A DNA stretch of 64,000 nucleotides from Tubiluchus corallicola (Eukaryota > Animalia > Priapulida): contig JAQGDQ010000518.1 of assembly GCA_030141605.1 (NCBI GenBank), forward strand, positions 1-64,000, written 5' to 3'. Both the position numbers and the translations under genes were made by a program. Under the pieces are notes generated by a model. The model saw only the letters and a list, made by a program, of their open reading frames with translations. It was not told the origin of the DNA and did not search any database. Positions 26,298 through 38,184 of this stretch are shown here, in pieces. Numbering within the stretch: the first letter of the stretch is position 1; each line of letters opens with the position of its first letter.

Positions 26298-26766
26298 CAA
26301 GAAAGACACACTATAAGTGTAATAAAAAAACCCTGATATTCTGAATGTTGAATCAGTCATTACCTGGTTGACTTTCTTTCATATTGAGTACTTGGCGATT
26401 TAAATATTTGCAGCTGTTTAGCGCTAGATGTCTGAAATTATAAGAAAGTGTTTGCTACAATAATATTAACATAATAATAATATGATATAATAACACTGAA
26501 ATGTGTTTGTACTTTCTGAGCCTGCTGGAACAAGTGCCTAATCACATGGACGTCTTTTGAAAGGCAAAAGAAAAACAAAAATTGGTTTTTAATTTTCAGT
26601 GTATCATTATTAATTTTGTTTCATTCTAATGGGCATCTTAGGCAGTGCTAAGGAGGATTGCAACAGTGTTATTTTGTTGTTTGCTTTTGTCATGTGTTTG
26701 CGTCACAACCCAGCTGTCCGCCATGTTTGGGCTAGTTGTGGCCGTAGTCCCAACGAACGCATTGTA

Positions 26767-26801
<35 letters not shown>

Positions 26802-28504
26802 CCATGGTCCTCATTTGTTAAAATCAAATCAAAGCGTAGCCTTTTTTCACCTTTAAAAAATCTATGTTCGATGTTGCGACAACTACCGAAGCAGTATTTA
26901 GATTGTTACTTGCACAGAACGCATCTCGTAACAAAATTTTGGATACAACTTGAAAAGCAGCTTTAGCAAAAAGGAGTGATTCGGTAGTTCCAAAGTTTCG
27001 TGATATTTTCTGCAAAACTGTTTCCAAATCCGTTCACGTGCGGCTCCATATTCAAGTAAAATTTTTGACGAGTAAACATTCGCAAAAAGATACAGCTAGT
27101 AAAAGTGATGCTCAGAGTACTTTGGTAAAGTAATTTAATCATCACAATAATAATGTTTACGTATAATCCTAGTATGATCCAATGATTACATGATTACATT
27201 AATTCTCGCTAGTAAATGAAAATTGTTTGCTTAATACAGCGCTTCACTATTATGCAGTTTATTTTTCTTACAAATGTTTCTTGTTCAAAACACTCAGTAA
27301 TTCAATAATAATTTTGAAATTATATGAGTAATTGTAACTAGTAAAGAAAAGGTTTTAAGTAATGTAATTCTCCATTATTACACATGTAGTGTATTTTTTC
27401 TTAAACATGTATTATGTTTTATACACTCAAAAATTAAAAAAAATCACTGTTTTTGAAAAACTTTATAATCTTTGTGTTCGTGTTGTTTTGATGATATGAT
27501 TAAGTTTTGCAGTGCAAAAACAGAAAAAAGTGAAAATTATGAAAAATAAAATACATGTAACTGAAATGAGCTTTTCTATTATCATAAATTATTTAGATAG
27601 GATGGAAAGAAATGATAATAACATGATAATTAGACAAGGTTTGGTTCATTTAGCGTTGACTGTACACGCAAGTGACTACTCCGCTATTCAACCCGCCTAA
27701 TGACAGGTAAAACAGCTTCTAACACTCACTTTATTAAATTTTGAAATAATTATAGTTATCCAGATTTTACGCGTATGCGACATGCAACTAATTAAAATAT
27801 GTATTAAAAATCCAAGGAAGTGTTGCTTAATGATAATAATAAAATTTCACCTAGCTGCTTGCTCGTGACGTGCAAAAACAAAAATCACAATGTATCTAAC
27901 AGTGTATTTATAAAATATACAGAGACTGTTTTCCCCTATAGAAAGCTGAAGCTGTTTTACTTTTGAAATTTTTGCTATAGCTTTGTCTTCAGAAATGTTT
28001 GACACTATATTTTTGCATCGTTTTAGTATCTCAGAATGCTGACTAAAATGACGCGATCGAGAAAATCAGAGCAAACAAAGTTTTAAATATGAATAACTTA
28101 TTTAATTAAATTTAATGGTGTTCTTCTGCATTAAGCACTTGTAATATAAATGCGGGTTCTAGTTAATTTACTTGAACCTCGTCAATTTGGGTTTTTCAAA
28201 AAGTACATTTTTAGAACTAAGCATGAAATTCAGTATCCTAAGATTGATTTACTATAAAACTGAAATTTGTACAGGAAAGTAAACTGGTTTTACTAGTATT
28301 ATATTATATGTAACATAGGAGCAATGAGAACATTAATTTTTCAGTTAAATTATGGTCAGTTAAATTAAAACACAGATAATATGATACAGTAATACCAGAC
28401 CTCTCTAGTGTCTCAGATGTACTTACTCGCCTGTGTTTGGGAACTTTCAATGTCTCCGTATTATCACCATCAGTTGATGAGTAGTTGCTAGCATTCACAT
28501 GCAT
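8541..28504 (-). CDS. CHS: Chitin synthase (GT2 family, metazoan type), 18 coding exons, about 1465 aa
   Basis: Exons: 28427-28504, 26364-26431, 24292-24697, 21980-22827, 21298-21397, 20659-20861, 19502-19690, 18171-18324, 17745-17958, 17144-17354, 16430-16587, 15995-16137, 15003-15110, 14684-14872, 13847-14003, 12660-12802, 9880-10075, 8541-9373. All have GT-AG ends and consistent phases, summing to 4398 nt. Motifs present: ATMWHET, TPYGGRL, KKRWSQ, LDGD, QKFEYAIGHWLQKA, CSPGCFSL, QGEDRWLCTLLLQ, QRRRW, SWGTRE. The first two exons and the 13847 donor are less certain. Confidence 0.95.
10584..11879. repeat. 35-bp GC-rich minisatellite, about 37 copies, in CHS intron 16
   Basis: Unit gagtttgtcagcctgcatgcacaccggggcagtac with interspersed single-base variants. 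Confidence 0.97.
12947..13678. mobile_element. TTAA-flanked non-autonomous DNA transposon (MITE-like), copy 1
   Basis: Ends are ttaa|ctccttcagga ... tcatgacggag|ttaa (imperfect TIR). The internal sequence recurs at about 33800-34207 and, inverted, at about 25007-25470. Confidence 0.75.
15321..15664 (+). mobile_element. Possible solo LTR
   Basis: TG...CA ends with an 8/10 terminal inverted match (tgtgacgtga / tcatgttaca), an internal TATA-like motif near 15553 and AATAAA at 15601. The TSD is only partly conserved (ctagc/gtagt). Confidence 0.4.
17400..17580. repeat. (CT)n microsatellite / pyrimidine-rich tract
   Basis: Directly visible. Confidence 0.9.
18965..19305. mobile_element. MITE-like element with inverted arrays of a 15-bp subterminal repeat
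   Basis: Left arm is (ggtaaaaatggcaca)n and right arm is (tgtgccatttttacc)n; these are reverse complements. Confidence 0.65.
19772..20335. mobile_element. Kolobok-like MITE with TTAA target duplication
   Basis: ttaa|aggaaaaccggacgattgtgtagac ... gtctaaacaatcgtccggttttcct|ttaa. The TIR is perfect over 19 bp and extends to about 25 bp. TTAA plus purine-rich termini is the Kolobok pattern. Confidence 0.8.
21185..21251. repeat. 33-bp tandem duplication
   Basis: ttctacttcgttaacacttttgcaaatttaaac occurs twice. Confidence 0.85.
25007..25470. mobile_element. Inverted partial copy of the TTAA element at 12947-13678, ending in a 46-bp x4 tandem array
   Basis: 25007-25300 is the reverse complement of about 13355-13678 (e.g. 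taagcgttcgctgcattttgcat). The unit cacaacagtctgatacactttggcctcaagtctacttaaaagacca is repeated 4 times at 25281-25462. Confidence 0.8.
26216..26295. repeat. (CA)n microsatellite
   Basis: Directly visible. Confidence 0.95.
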
Positions 28505-28974
28505 ATCTACCGCCTAATAAGTATAAATCCACGTTTAGGCCTACGCTTAGGCACTGGCTCCCAAGCCAAAGTGTAGCTAGGGTCGTTATAAATACAACAT
28601 CGCGAAAAGCAAAACTTTCACTTAGTAAATGAAATCACAGTTGTAAATACACAATAACGCAACATACGCAAGACGCACTATACAAGACTGAATACTTAGC
28701 TCGATACACTACTGTAGACCAGATATGATTTACAAAAACTGTAGCTGACTTTATTACACCATTGTGTGCAAAGAAGCCTTTTATTAGCAGTCAAGTTGCG
28801 TGTAAACTTTCCGGTTTGGTCGGTCTCTCAACGTCAACTGCGGGTCTACTGATAATAGGCCGATTACGCATGGATAAGTGCCAAATTTGCTTGATTAAGG
28901 CCTAGCGTCCGTTGTTACAATAGCCGTTCAACCCAGTTTGTAAATAAGCTGTGACTAAAATGCATACAAATAAG

Positions 28975-28993
28975 AATATAAATAAATAAATAA

Positions 28994-29040
<47 letters not shown>

Positions 29041-29170
29041 ATTAAATACACTCAAAATCAGTATAACTGACTGACTGACTGACTGACTGACTGACTGACT
29101 GACTGACTGACTGACTGACTGACTGACTGACTGACTGACTAGTTAGTTAACTAACTGAATGACTGACTAG
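28975..29170. repeat. Compound tetranucleotide microsatellites (AAAT)n, (TATG)n, (GACT)n
   Basis: Directly visible, in the spacer between the Ig gene 3' end and CHS. Confidence 0.9.
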
Positions 29171-31103
29171 CCAGCTAGAAAACATCACGAGTACTATTAG
29201 GTTAAAAGTGATTTAAGTAAGTAGCGAGATAAATTTTGCATTCGCACTGGTATGTGGCGTCATCTGTTTACAGAAAAAACACTCAGATCTTGTTTATTAG
29301 CTGTGTTTATGAGAGGACTAGGCAAGAGTGCTCTAAGGTAGCAACTTTTATAATATGCAATCTTTAATGAGCTCGCGTTTATCATACAAACCATTCATGT
29401 ATTTTTAGTCTTGGAATTTTGTACAAAGGCAGGTTTACAAAGGTAAACAATAGACATGGTTGATACTTGGATGAGTGGCGAGATTGATTTTTGAATTTTG
29501 ATCATTTTAAATGCAACTGCTTGTTGTTGTTGTTGATGATGATGATGATGATGAGGAGGACGACGACTACGATGATGATGACAGCAGTGTGGTTTTGGCG
29601 GTGGCAATGACAGTGGCAGTGATCACGGAAGCAGGGTGGCAGCTCATAACGATAAGGGAAAGACTGATGGTTGATCATTTTTTATAAAGAAAATCATCAA
29701 GCGTTCATTGAAAAGTCGAAAATATGTCACTTTATTTATAAATAAGAACTTTATGAGAATTAACATTATTTACAACCGATGTAGAATTTAACAATGAATA
29801 TTATTGCCATGCAAAAGACATTATAACCTCTATAAGGTGTTTTAAAAAAGCATCGTCATAGCAAAACCAAACTTATTCACATTCAATGGATACAATTCTG
29901 CAACACTTCCGCAAAATTACAGATTTATTTACAGAATTTGTAAGTTTTCTGGGTTGTTTGATATCAGATTCCTAGCACTGGGAATAAGCCAGTAAACCAA
30001 AAACTGAATAATAAAATTAATTAGGCCTGATGTACTTCGATGTCAGTACGTAAAGAATAATGTGAACAAAATAAAATAAACAAAATTACACAAAACATAC
30101 TTAGTAATTAGCGTACTCTTAAGTACTAAAACTTTCGTCCTGCTCATAGTAAACATACAAATTATACAGAATTAAATTAACGAGTGGTAATTAATAAAGA
30201 ATAAACGTATAATACAGCTTCGTGCATGTTTGTTCAATCTAATAATCATTAACTTTAAAACTTGGCTTCCTGGAGTAGCTTATTATACTGCAGGTTACTA
30301 CAACTAGAAAAAGTAACAAAAAGGCTATAGATTCACAAACGATAAAAACTGTGGTTGCTTTAAGTACCGAACTTTTGTTCAAGCAAACAAGAACTCTCCA
30401 CTTTAGATGGATTTATATGGTAAACATCTGAAATACGCATCGTTACCTTAATCTGCGCATAAATTAGGCATAAAATATCTTTGTTTACGAACAACTCTCA
30501 ATAACTGTCTTAAATTTAATGACTAGCTTTCATTAAGTTTTTGTACTATCAAATTTACTTTATCAGTCTGTCAGTCAATATTTGTATAGTTATTTCATAA
30601 AGTCCCAAAAATTGAACAACTAATAATTAATGAATGTTCTGCCCTTTATTATTTGCAATCATTTTTGCGTATTGATACACTACGGGGAAAGTGTGCGCAT
30701 CATTGATTTTTCTTGGATAAGAAGTAACGGAGAATTATAGCAAGGGATTGAGTAGCTCAGTGGCAAATAGCGTGTTAGATGCATGATGGAAAACTTTTTA
30801 GAAAAGCTTCTTCCACGGTGTGGCAAACATTAAGCTATTCAACGAGTTCGAAAGTGTTTGTAATAATAAATTCTATCAAAAATATAAGTCATTATAATAT
30901 TCATAACAGTTATGTGTTTACACAGTCTCAACAATTTCGGCCCGATGGTCGAATTTTCATGTTGTAATAAAAAGTTTATGGGCCCACACTCAGTATCCAC
31001 GGAATCGTAATGCTTTTTTACAGTTTACTTAATAAAAATTTTGACAACTACAGTTATGAATTATTAACACACGTAACAGCTTATTTCGTATTGCTATTTT
31101 AGA

Positions 31104-34100
31104 CTATTGTAAGTACTGTAAGCTATAAAATCCACTATTGATAAAACTAACAGTAAGCGTTGGGATAAACCACGTGAGTAAAATGTGTGGCGTCGTTGCT
31201 GGTGTTAATGATTTCGTGGGAGCTGAAAAAGAAAGTAAAAAACATTTGTAAACATTTGTATCTTGTAGTAAGACGTACTTCACTTTACTTACAACAATGC
31301 TTATAGTTCTAACACAGTTTTTGTTCCAACGAACCTTTTCACATGTCCAGCGATTGATGATGATCGTGAAAAGGTCAGGGATTACTAGGCAAAGTATTTG
31401 TGTACACTTGACAACGCCTCGCAGTCCATACTGCTGTAATAGTAACAGTTTTAACAGCTAGCTACAACTTTACCTAGTTTATTTTTTATTGTTCCCAAGT
31501 AAGATCCTGCTAGTAAATCACTCTACACACAGACTAATGCGCAGTTATGTAAAGTCCACGTAAAACGACTGAAGTTAGGTCTACTGAATTGACGCAGCTT
31601 TGTTTTACACATATTACACACATGTTACGACGCGTTGCTGTGGTTGCAGCAGTTGCACGTGCGCACAACGAAAGCGCTTATTGGTAAAACAATATTATTT
31701 GCGGGAAATTTGTGAAATACGGGAAATCCCATACGGGAATAAGTGAAACTGAACTAGATTCTATGGGAAACCTATTAGAGACGCCGATACTACCAGAGCA
31801 CAAGGCAAAAAACTTGTTCTTTACAATTATAGTCAAAACCCAACATACATTGTTTAAAAATATACGTAACCTTGGATGTCCGAAACAAGTTTGCTATCTA
31901 AATACAATGAACCAACTTGAAATGTGGCATTTGTTGTAGGCAGAATTGACAGATCTAATGTGTGTTTACGGCTTTTGTTTATGGGAATCCGCAGAATTCC
32001 CTTGTGGATTCCTGCCGAATATTCGGAGGGATAGGATAGGATGACAGAACACGTATCATAATATAGGCACTTAAGAAAAGATAAGAAAAGATATTTATTC
32101 AGGATAACTTGATTGGGCAAAGCTCGTTTACAACAAGATCCTGATTGGTGCACGGTTTGCAAACAATATTCAGGCTAATGTTTTGAAGAAAAACAAAACA
32201 TGTGAAAATTTCAAACGTCACTCTAAAAGACGAAATCTAAAAAGTACAATACAATTAATTAGAATAACGCTCTTGATAAAAAGCTTTAAGGTCACCTTTA
32301 AACAAGTAAATAATATTGCTACTGTTCTTTACAATACATCTACGTTGAATACACAAACACTTCTTACATTCACGAATTTTAGATAAACAAAAATGCTGTT
32401 GTTCACATCAAGAGGGCGTCGGAGGGACAACTGCGTATACAGAAGAAATGGTACAGTTGATATCATGTTTTATTAAAATGTGATGACAATGATGCGCATT
32501 TTTATGTTCATGTTAGTGGCTTCTTGTGAAGGGAGTAACACCAAGAGAATTACCATTTCTGGTTTACTGTCCAGAACTACATGAAAATAAACAATGACAG
32601 GCCTTCAAATCATACCTGCATTGTTCTTACTCTTCTTTATCACAGGATTTTCGTTAGTTTTTGATTTTGGAGGTTTTGATGGTCGTGTGTCACCAGATCT
32701 AGACCCATTTAAATCTGCAAGAAAAGAGTTTTGAAACGTAGCTGCGTATGCTTGCGTAACAGTTTGTAATTAGCCAGTTCTTCCAGTTATCCAGTGGTAT
32801 TTTTAAACTTTGGTCTCCTCCAAACCAGAATCCATAACCGCAAACCAATATAGAACTGCCTTAGGTCTTAGATTTGGCTTCCTGGCTGCCTTGGTTTGGG
32901 TCATCCATAATTTCTTCACATAATAGTTCCCTATTATTTTTTATCTTACAGTTATGTGACATTGTAGGCTTAAACCCAATTGCTTTTTCTTTCCTACGTG
33001 TCTGCCTGGAATTACGCCTTCTTTCTTGATATTTCTGAATTAGCTGTCACTGAATTGAGGTGCTTCACTGAAGAAAGAGCAAATGCTTATGTTAAGCCAA
33101 ACTCCAAACTTTGGTCCGCCTCCTTATTTCATTGTTATTGCCAACAGGAATACTTTCGGAATTACGGCGCATTCAGAATAACGAGTTTTGTTGCCAAGTT
33201 AACTCGCCAAGTAACTCGCAAACGTGTTTAGATTAGAGAGCAAAACTTGCTGCGAGTTACTCTCCGACAGTAAGCATGAACTCACACTCCCTTCTTTGTA
33301 CATTGCAAAAAGCATTGAGAGTAAGTAGCCGAGGCGTTCACACTAGATAGTAATTCGCACGAAATTTCACTCGCAACAATGTTAGCAACTGTTGGAGAGT
33401 TTGCAATTTTTCGCCGACAGTAAGTCGCAAATCAGTTCACACATTTGAGAGAGAGAAACTCACTAGTCTGAACGCGACATTAAGTTCAAACCACACGACT
33501 CGGATGAGTTACGCTGCTTATTTCAAAGACTGGAGCTCATAAAGCTGAAATATAAAGAGTTTCAATTTCCAAACAAAGACGCATGTGGGGAGTCGCAATA
33601 ATTTTGCCATCCCTTAATTGTTGAATGGACCCTAAGCTCTTACTACCTCATCTGAACAAAACTGAAGTGCCTGCCCACCACTTTAGACAGAATTCGGACA
33701 TCAAAGATGACAGATTCAGTTTCCATTATTTACACTCGAAACTCTTTAGTCAAGGAAAACTCTAGGAATGGCGGAACTCGAAGGTCTATAGCTACATTTA
33801 ACCTCTTTTACCGCTACTTTTAGGATTTCAGGACTGCACGAATCAAAATAGGTCTACTTTTCTGCTACTGTATGAACACAGACATAATAAAATGATTACA
33901 AATTAGGCACTGTTCTATTCAGGAGAATCTCGGCTATTCAATCATGCTATTTGTTTAAACATTTATAGGTGAATTAGTCGGCCAAAATTTAGAAAGACAC
34001 TCCCTCCTCAGGCATTCTAACTTAGCCTATTGAGATGCTTGGTCTGGTGCACGCTTGCGTGATCGTACACACTAATTTATTGATCGATTGTGTACGGATA

Positions 34101-37100
34101 GAAACCTATAAATATTATCAAATATAACCTAAAGGCTGCTTAGTGAAAGCATTTTTTCATGAACTCGTGCAAAATGTAGCAAACGCTTATGATCCTGAAG
34201 GAGTTAAATGGAGTCAACAATTTGCTCGAATAGCTACGTATTTTCATAATTGTGTCTTGGACATTGCTAAGTACAGGCCAGCTGATTCTTGATAAATTTT
34301 CCCTTGGACTTCTCATCCGAAAAGTTCTTTGCCAGTAAATTGTTCTTTTGTTAATGGCAACATCAACGGATTCTTAGTACCGCCTTTTACTAACAAATTA
34401 GTATAAACGTGAATTCCGTTTTCAGACTTTCATATTGTCACTGTCTGGCGCTTCGTACATTGAGCTAACACTACCTTGTTATAAATATTGGGACAATCAG
34501 CATAAAAAGTCTAGACAATTAGACATCATTAGACAATGAATGATTTACCCTCAGAAAGTTCATGGCGTGACCTAGAAGAGGAGAGGGGATTGTTGGATTC
34601 TGTGTCAATACCAGCTGCCTTCAAGCGCTCCTCCATTGAAAGCTTTGATTCACTGTCATCCGACACCAACTGTGGCTGAACGTCTGTTGATTTTGTGCCT
34701 AAAATGTAAGCAAATTGCATCAGTAATTATTGTTGAGGTCCGTCTAGATTTGGTCCCCGTTTTAGTTATCAAAGAAAATTTTAACATCCGTTATAAAAGT
34801 TAGAGTCAATGGTAAAGTCTTTTTGCTAATTGGGTTCTTGTACGTCATTGTACCTTGTCATCTAAGTTTGTTCCTGGAGAATTACAAAGTGAGAAGTCGT
34901 GTTAAAAACAATTTCCAAAGCTTTTACAATCATCAAAAATGTACTTTCTGAAATCCTAGAAGACGAAGAACTTTGAGATATTAAAATTTGTTAACTGCAT
35001 GTGCGTTTAAGATACAAAAAGTTTATTGAAAAAAACTGAATTGAATCAAGTTTATCTGAATTGAATTTTTATTTATCTGGTGCATAATACAATTATAATA
35101 AAGTGTTAATATACGATTATATAGTTAGGAAGAGACCGGGGTGGTGAGAAACCAAATTCTACCCTAGAAATAATGTGAAATAAGTTCAAGAAGCGTAATC
35201 ATTACCAAGATGTTTGCTATTTTGCTGTTGTCGATGTTGCCGTGAATTTGAACTGCGATCTTGCTGTTTTAGATAATATCCTGAAAGCAAATAATGAAAT
35301 ATTAACAGATTAATTACAAAAGTCTATTTACTCGCATTACATACAACAAAAGTATTTCGATGTGTAAAAATTTTCTTTCAACACAAAAGAAATTTACATC
35401 CATAGTAATTAATATTCTCCCCATTGAATCGTGACTGTAATACGTGGCTAATGCACTCTACGTTTTCTGCAATATTGTTATAATACACTGCCTAATAGAA
35501 AGCATCGTAATCAAATTACTACAAATTATTATACTCAACACATAGGTCTAAATCAGTATACAGGTAGGTTTACTGCTAGTCAGACTTCTTTTCTTTGCTA
35601 CTGCCACTTATCTCCGGTTGGCTAGAATATGTTTTTGTGTCAATGCAAAACAGTAAAAAATTTATATCAAAAAGTTTTCTGCAATTTCAAAACTTGAGTT
35701 TAACGCAGTTTCGGGGCTTTAGGTTACATTGAGTTTTCTAAAGTGTTAAACAGCTTAGCAGCGGACTCACTAGGCCTCTACTTCAAGCTAATTTTTTTAA
35801 CACAGCAGAGCTATAATTGCAGTACATACAAAATGATTCTAATGTCTACATTAACATTGATTGTTTTTAAAACTCAAATACACCGTAATTTATGAAGTTT
35901 CAGTTTTACATAAAAACAGAAAAAATGCACTAACTAAGAATTTCTGAGACTTTTAACTTCTTCTGGGTAATTTATAAAAGAGGAAACCGGGTGTGAAGTG
36001 TCATTTCTGAAGAAAGGCTCAAACTTGATGTCGCACGTTTTACTGGTTAGATGGCGCCAGGAACTCCTTAGTGCTTAATTACGCTAACGTTTGCATTTGG
36101 TTATCACGTATGACATATCACTGTTTAGCATTGTTTACAAATCTAGCTTCACAGAAACGATGTAGTATCCAAAGAAGCCGTTGCTAGCACAGTCGTTTAG
36201 CCTGCGATTTTCCGAAGTTTCACGAGCAAAGCCGAACAAAATGTTTTGGGGGGAAAATGCAACTTGGAGGCCCAAACTCATTAGGAAGGGAAGCCATGAA
36301 ATTTAATACAATTAGTGTCAAATTTTTATGTTAGAGGTTAACTATTTTAGTAAAGAAAACTGGTTTTTACGTTTAATTTGCCTTTAAACTGCTGAGCAGC
36401 TGACTCATTTCTCCAAGTTCATGTTTTTGACTATAGCAACGCTATTCTATTACATGCAAAATGATTATAATGCCTATAATCACATGGCAAACGAAATACA
36501 ATTCAAATGGACAAGCAGTTAAAGTCAATAGACAGGCCCTTAACGTTAGTAGAATAATTTAGTTTTGCAAGTAGTAAAAATGTAGAAAAAAGGAAACCAT
36601 TGATTAAGCATACATGATTCGTTTACCTGAAGTTGTTGAAGTCGTTGAAGTAGTCGTTGTTGTAGGAGGAGGAAGAACTTCTAAAAACAAAACAAAACAT
36701 AAGCGGGAAAAGAGAACTTCTAAAAACAAAACAAGACATAAGCGGGAAAAGAGAACATTATTATTACGCACTAGATTTTCTCTGGCTATAGTCACACATA
36801 AAACCACAAAAGAAACAGCAAATATTTAAAAAGTCGTTTGCAAAGAAAACACGGGTATATAAATGCACGTTATTATTTTTAGCGTACAAATACAAACTTA
36901 TTTGTAGAAGACTAACGATTGCTGAAAAACTGAGCCAAACCCACGTATCATTATGCCCTACCATCATCTCGTTAAAGGGCAAAGGAATTTGATGCAAATC
37001 CTTACCTGTTGCTGTACGTTCTGCAAATTCATTAGATTTTTTAAACAACATCTTAAAACACATTTGTTTGGATTGTACTTTTTACGATGAATTATTTGCT

Positions 37101-37556
37101 AATTTTTTCATGTCTCTTGAATTTGATGTAGCTTATGAAATTTCAATGTATTTGTAGTCACAGAAAACACTGTAAACAGAGGTTAATACCACTGAATGCT
37201 TTATTAACATAATTAGTATGTTCAGTATAACATAAATGTTCAACAGCTCCCATAAGTGGATTAACCTGACTGTTCAGAGCACAGGTGTGTAATGACAGAC
37301 AGGTGACTAGCAGGTAACAAACAGAAAAGCTGGCCAAAACCAAAAGCTTTACATTTCTGCCACAGATGGCGCCTCGTGTACGATAAGTAAGATTAACAAA
37401 AAACAAATAAAAGCTAAGTCTGCTACAGTATTTTATTGTTCGGCATGCTGATAATTTAAATAATGTAGTGCGCTATAATTATAAATTTACATTACATTAA
37501 ATATACGCATAAACATACACATACACATGCACATACACATACATATGTACATATAC

Positions 37557-37605
<49 letters not shown>

Positions 37606-38148
37606 TACATACACATACATACACATACATATACATACACATACATATACATTAGAAAGATCTAATATATCTTATAATAATATCTTATAATATATAATAA
37701 TAAGAAACATATACACTAATGTTTGTTAAAAAGATTAAACAAAATGTAGCATTCTTAACTGCGAAGTTTATACTTGCCAAACACAGTAATGGATCCCTTG
37801 GTGCTTCCCAGGTTATTTGATGCCTCACAGTTGTACGTGCCAAAGTCGTGTGGTTGAACGCTGATTATTTGAAGTTCTAACAACATACCAATAGACCCTG
37901 CAGAAAAAGTAATTACATTCATCACGAAGCTCTGCACGAGTGAAAATATTATATCAAGTTTGCCGGGACAAGTCAACATTGTTTTTTGTTAAAATACTCA
38001 TGGTTATGAAGTCATTTTCAAAATTTTCGGGCAGATGAATAGGCAGATGCTTATTGCGTGTGCTAAAGTGACAGAAACTTCCCGCACCATAGTTTTAAGG
38101 GACGCTCTTCAGTAATAATAAACACATCTCCCCCTCCCTCCCTCCCTC

Positions 38149-38184
<36 letters not shown>

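Noticed and set aside
30750-30785. tRNA-like A box (tagctcagtgg)
   Set aside because: No B box or cloverleaf follows; at most a SINE-head remnant.
28427-32714. Ig-domain/chitin synthase fusion gene
   Set aside because: The Ig gene has its own terminal exon, stop (31104) and 3' UTR. Its phase-1 donors do not match the phase-0 CHS acceptor at 28513.
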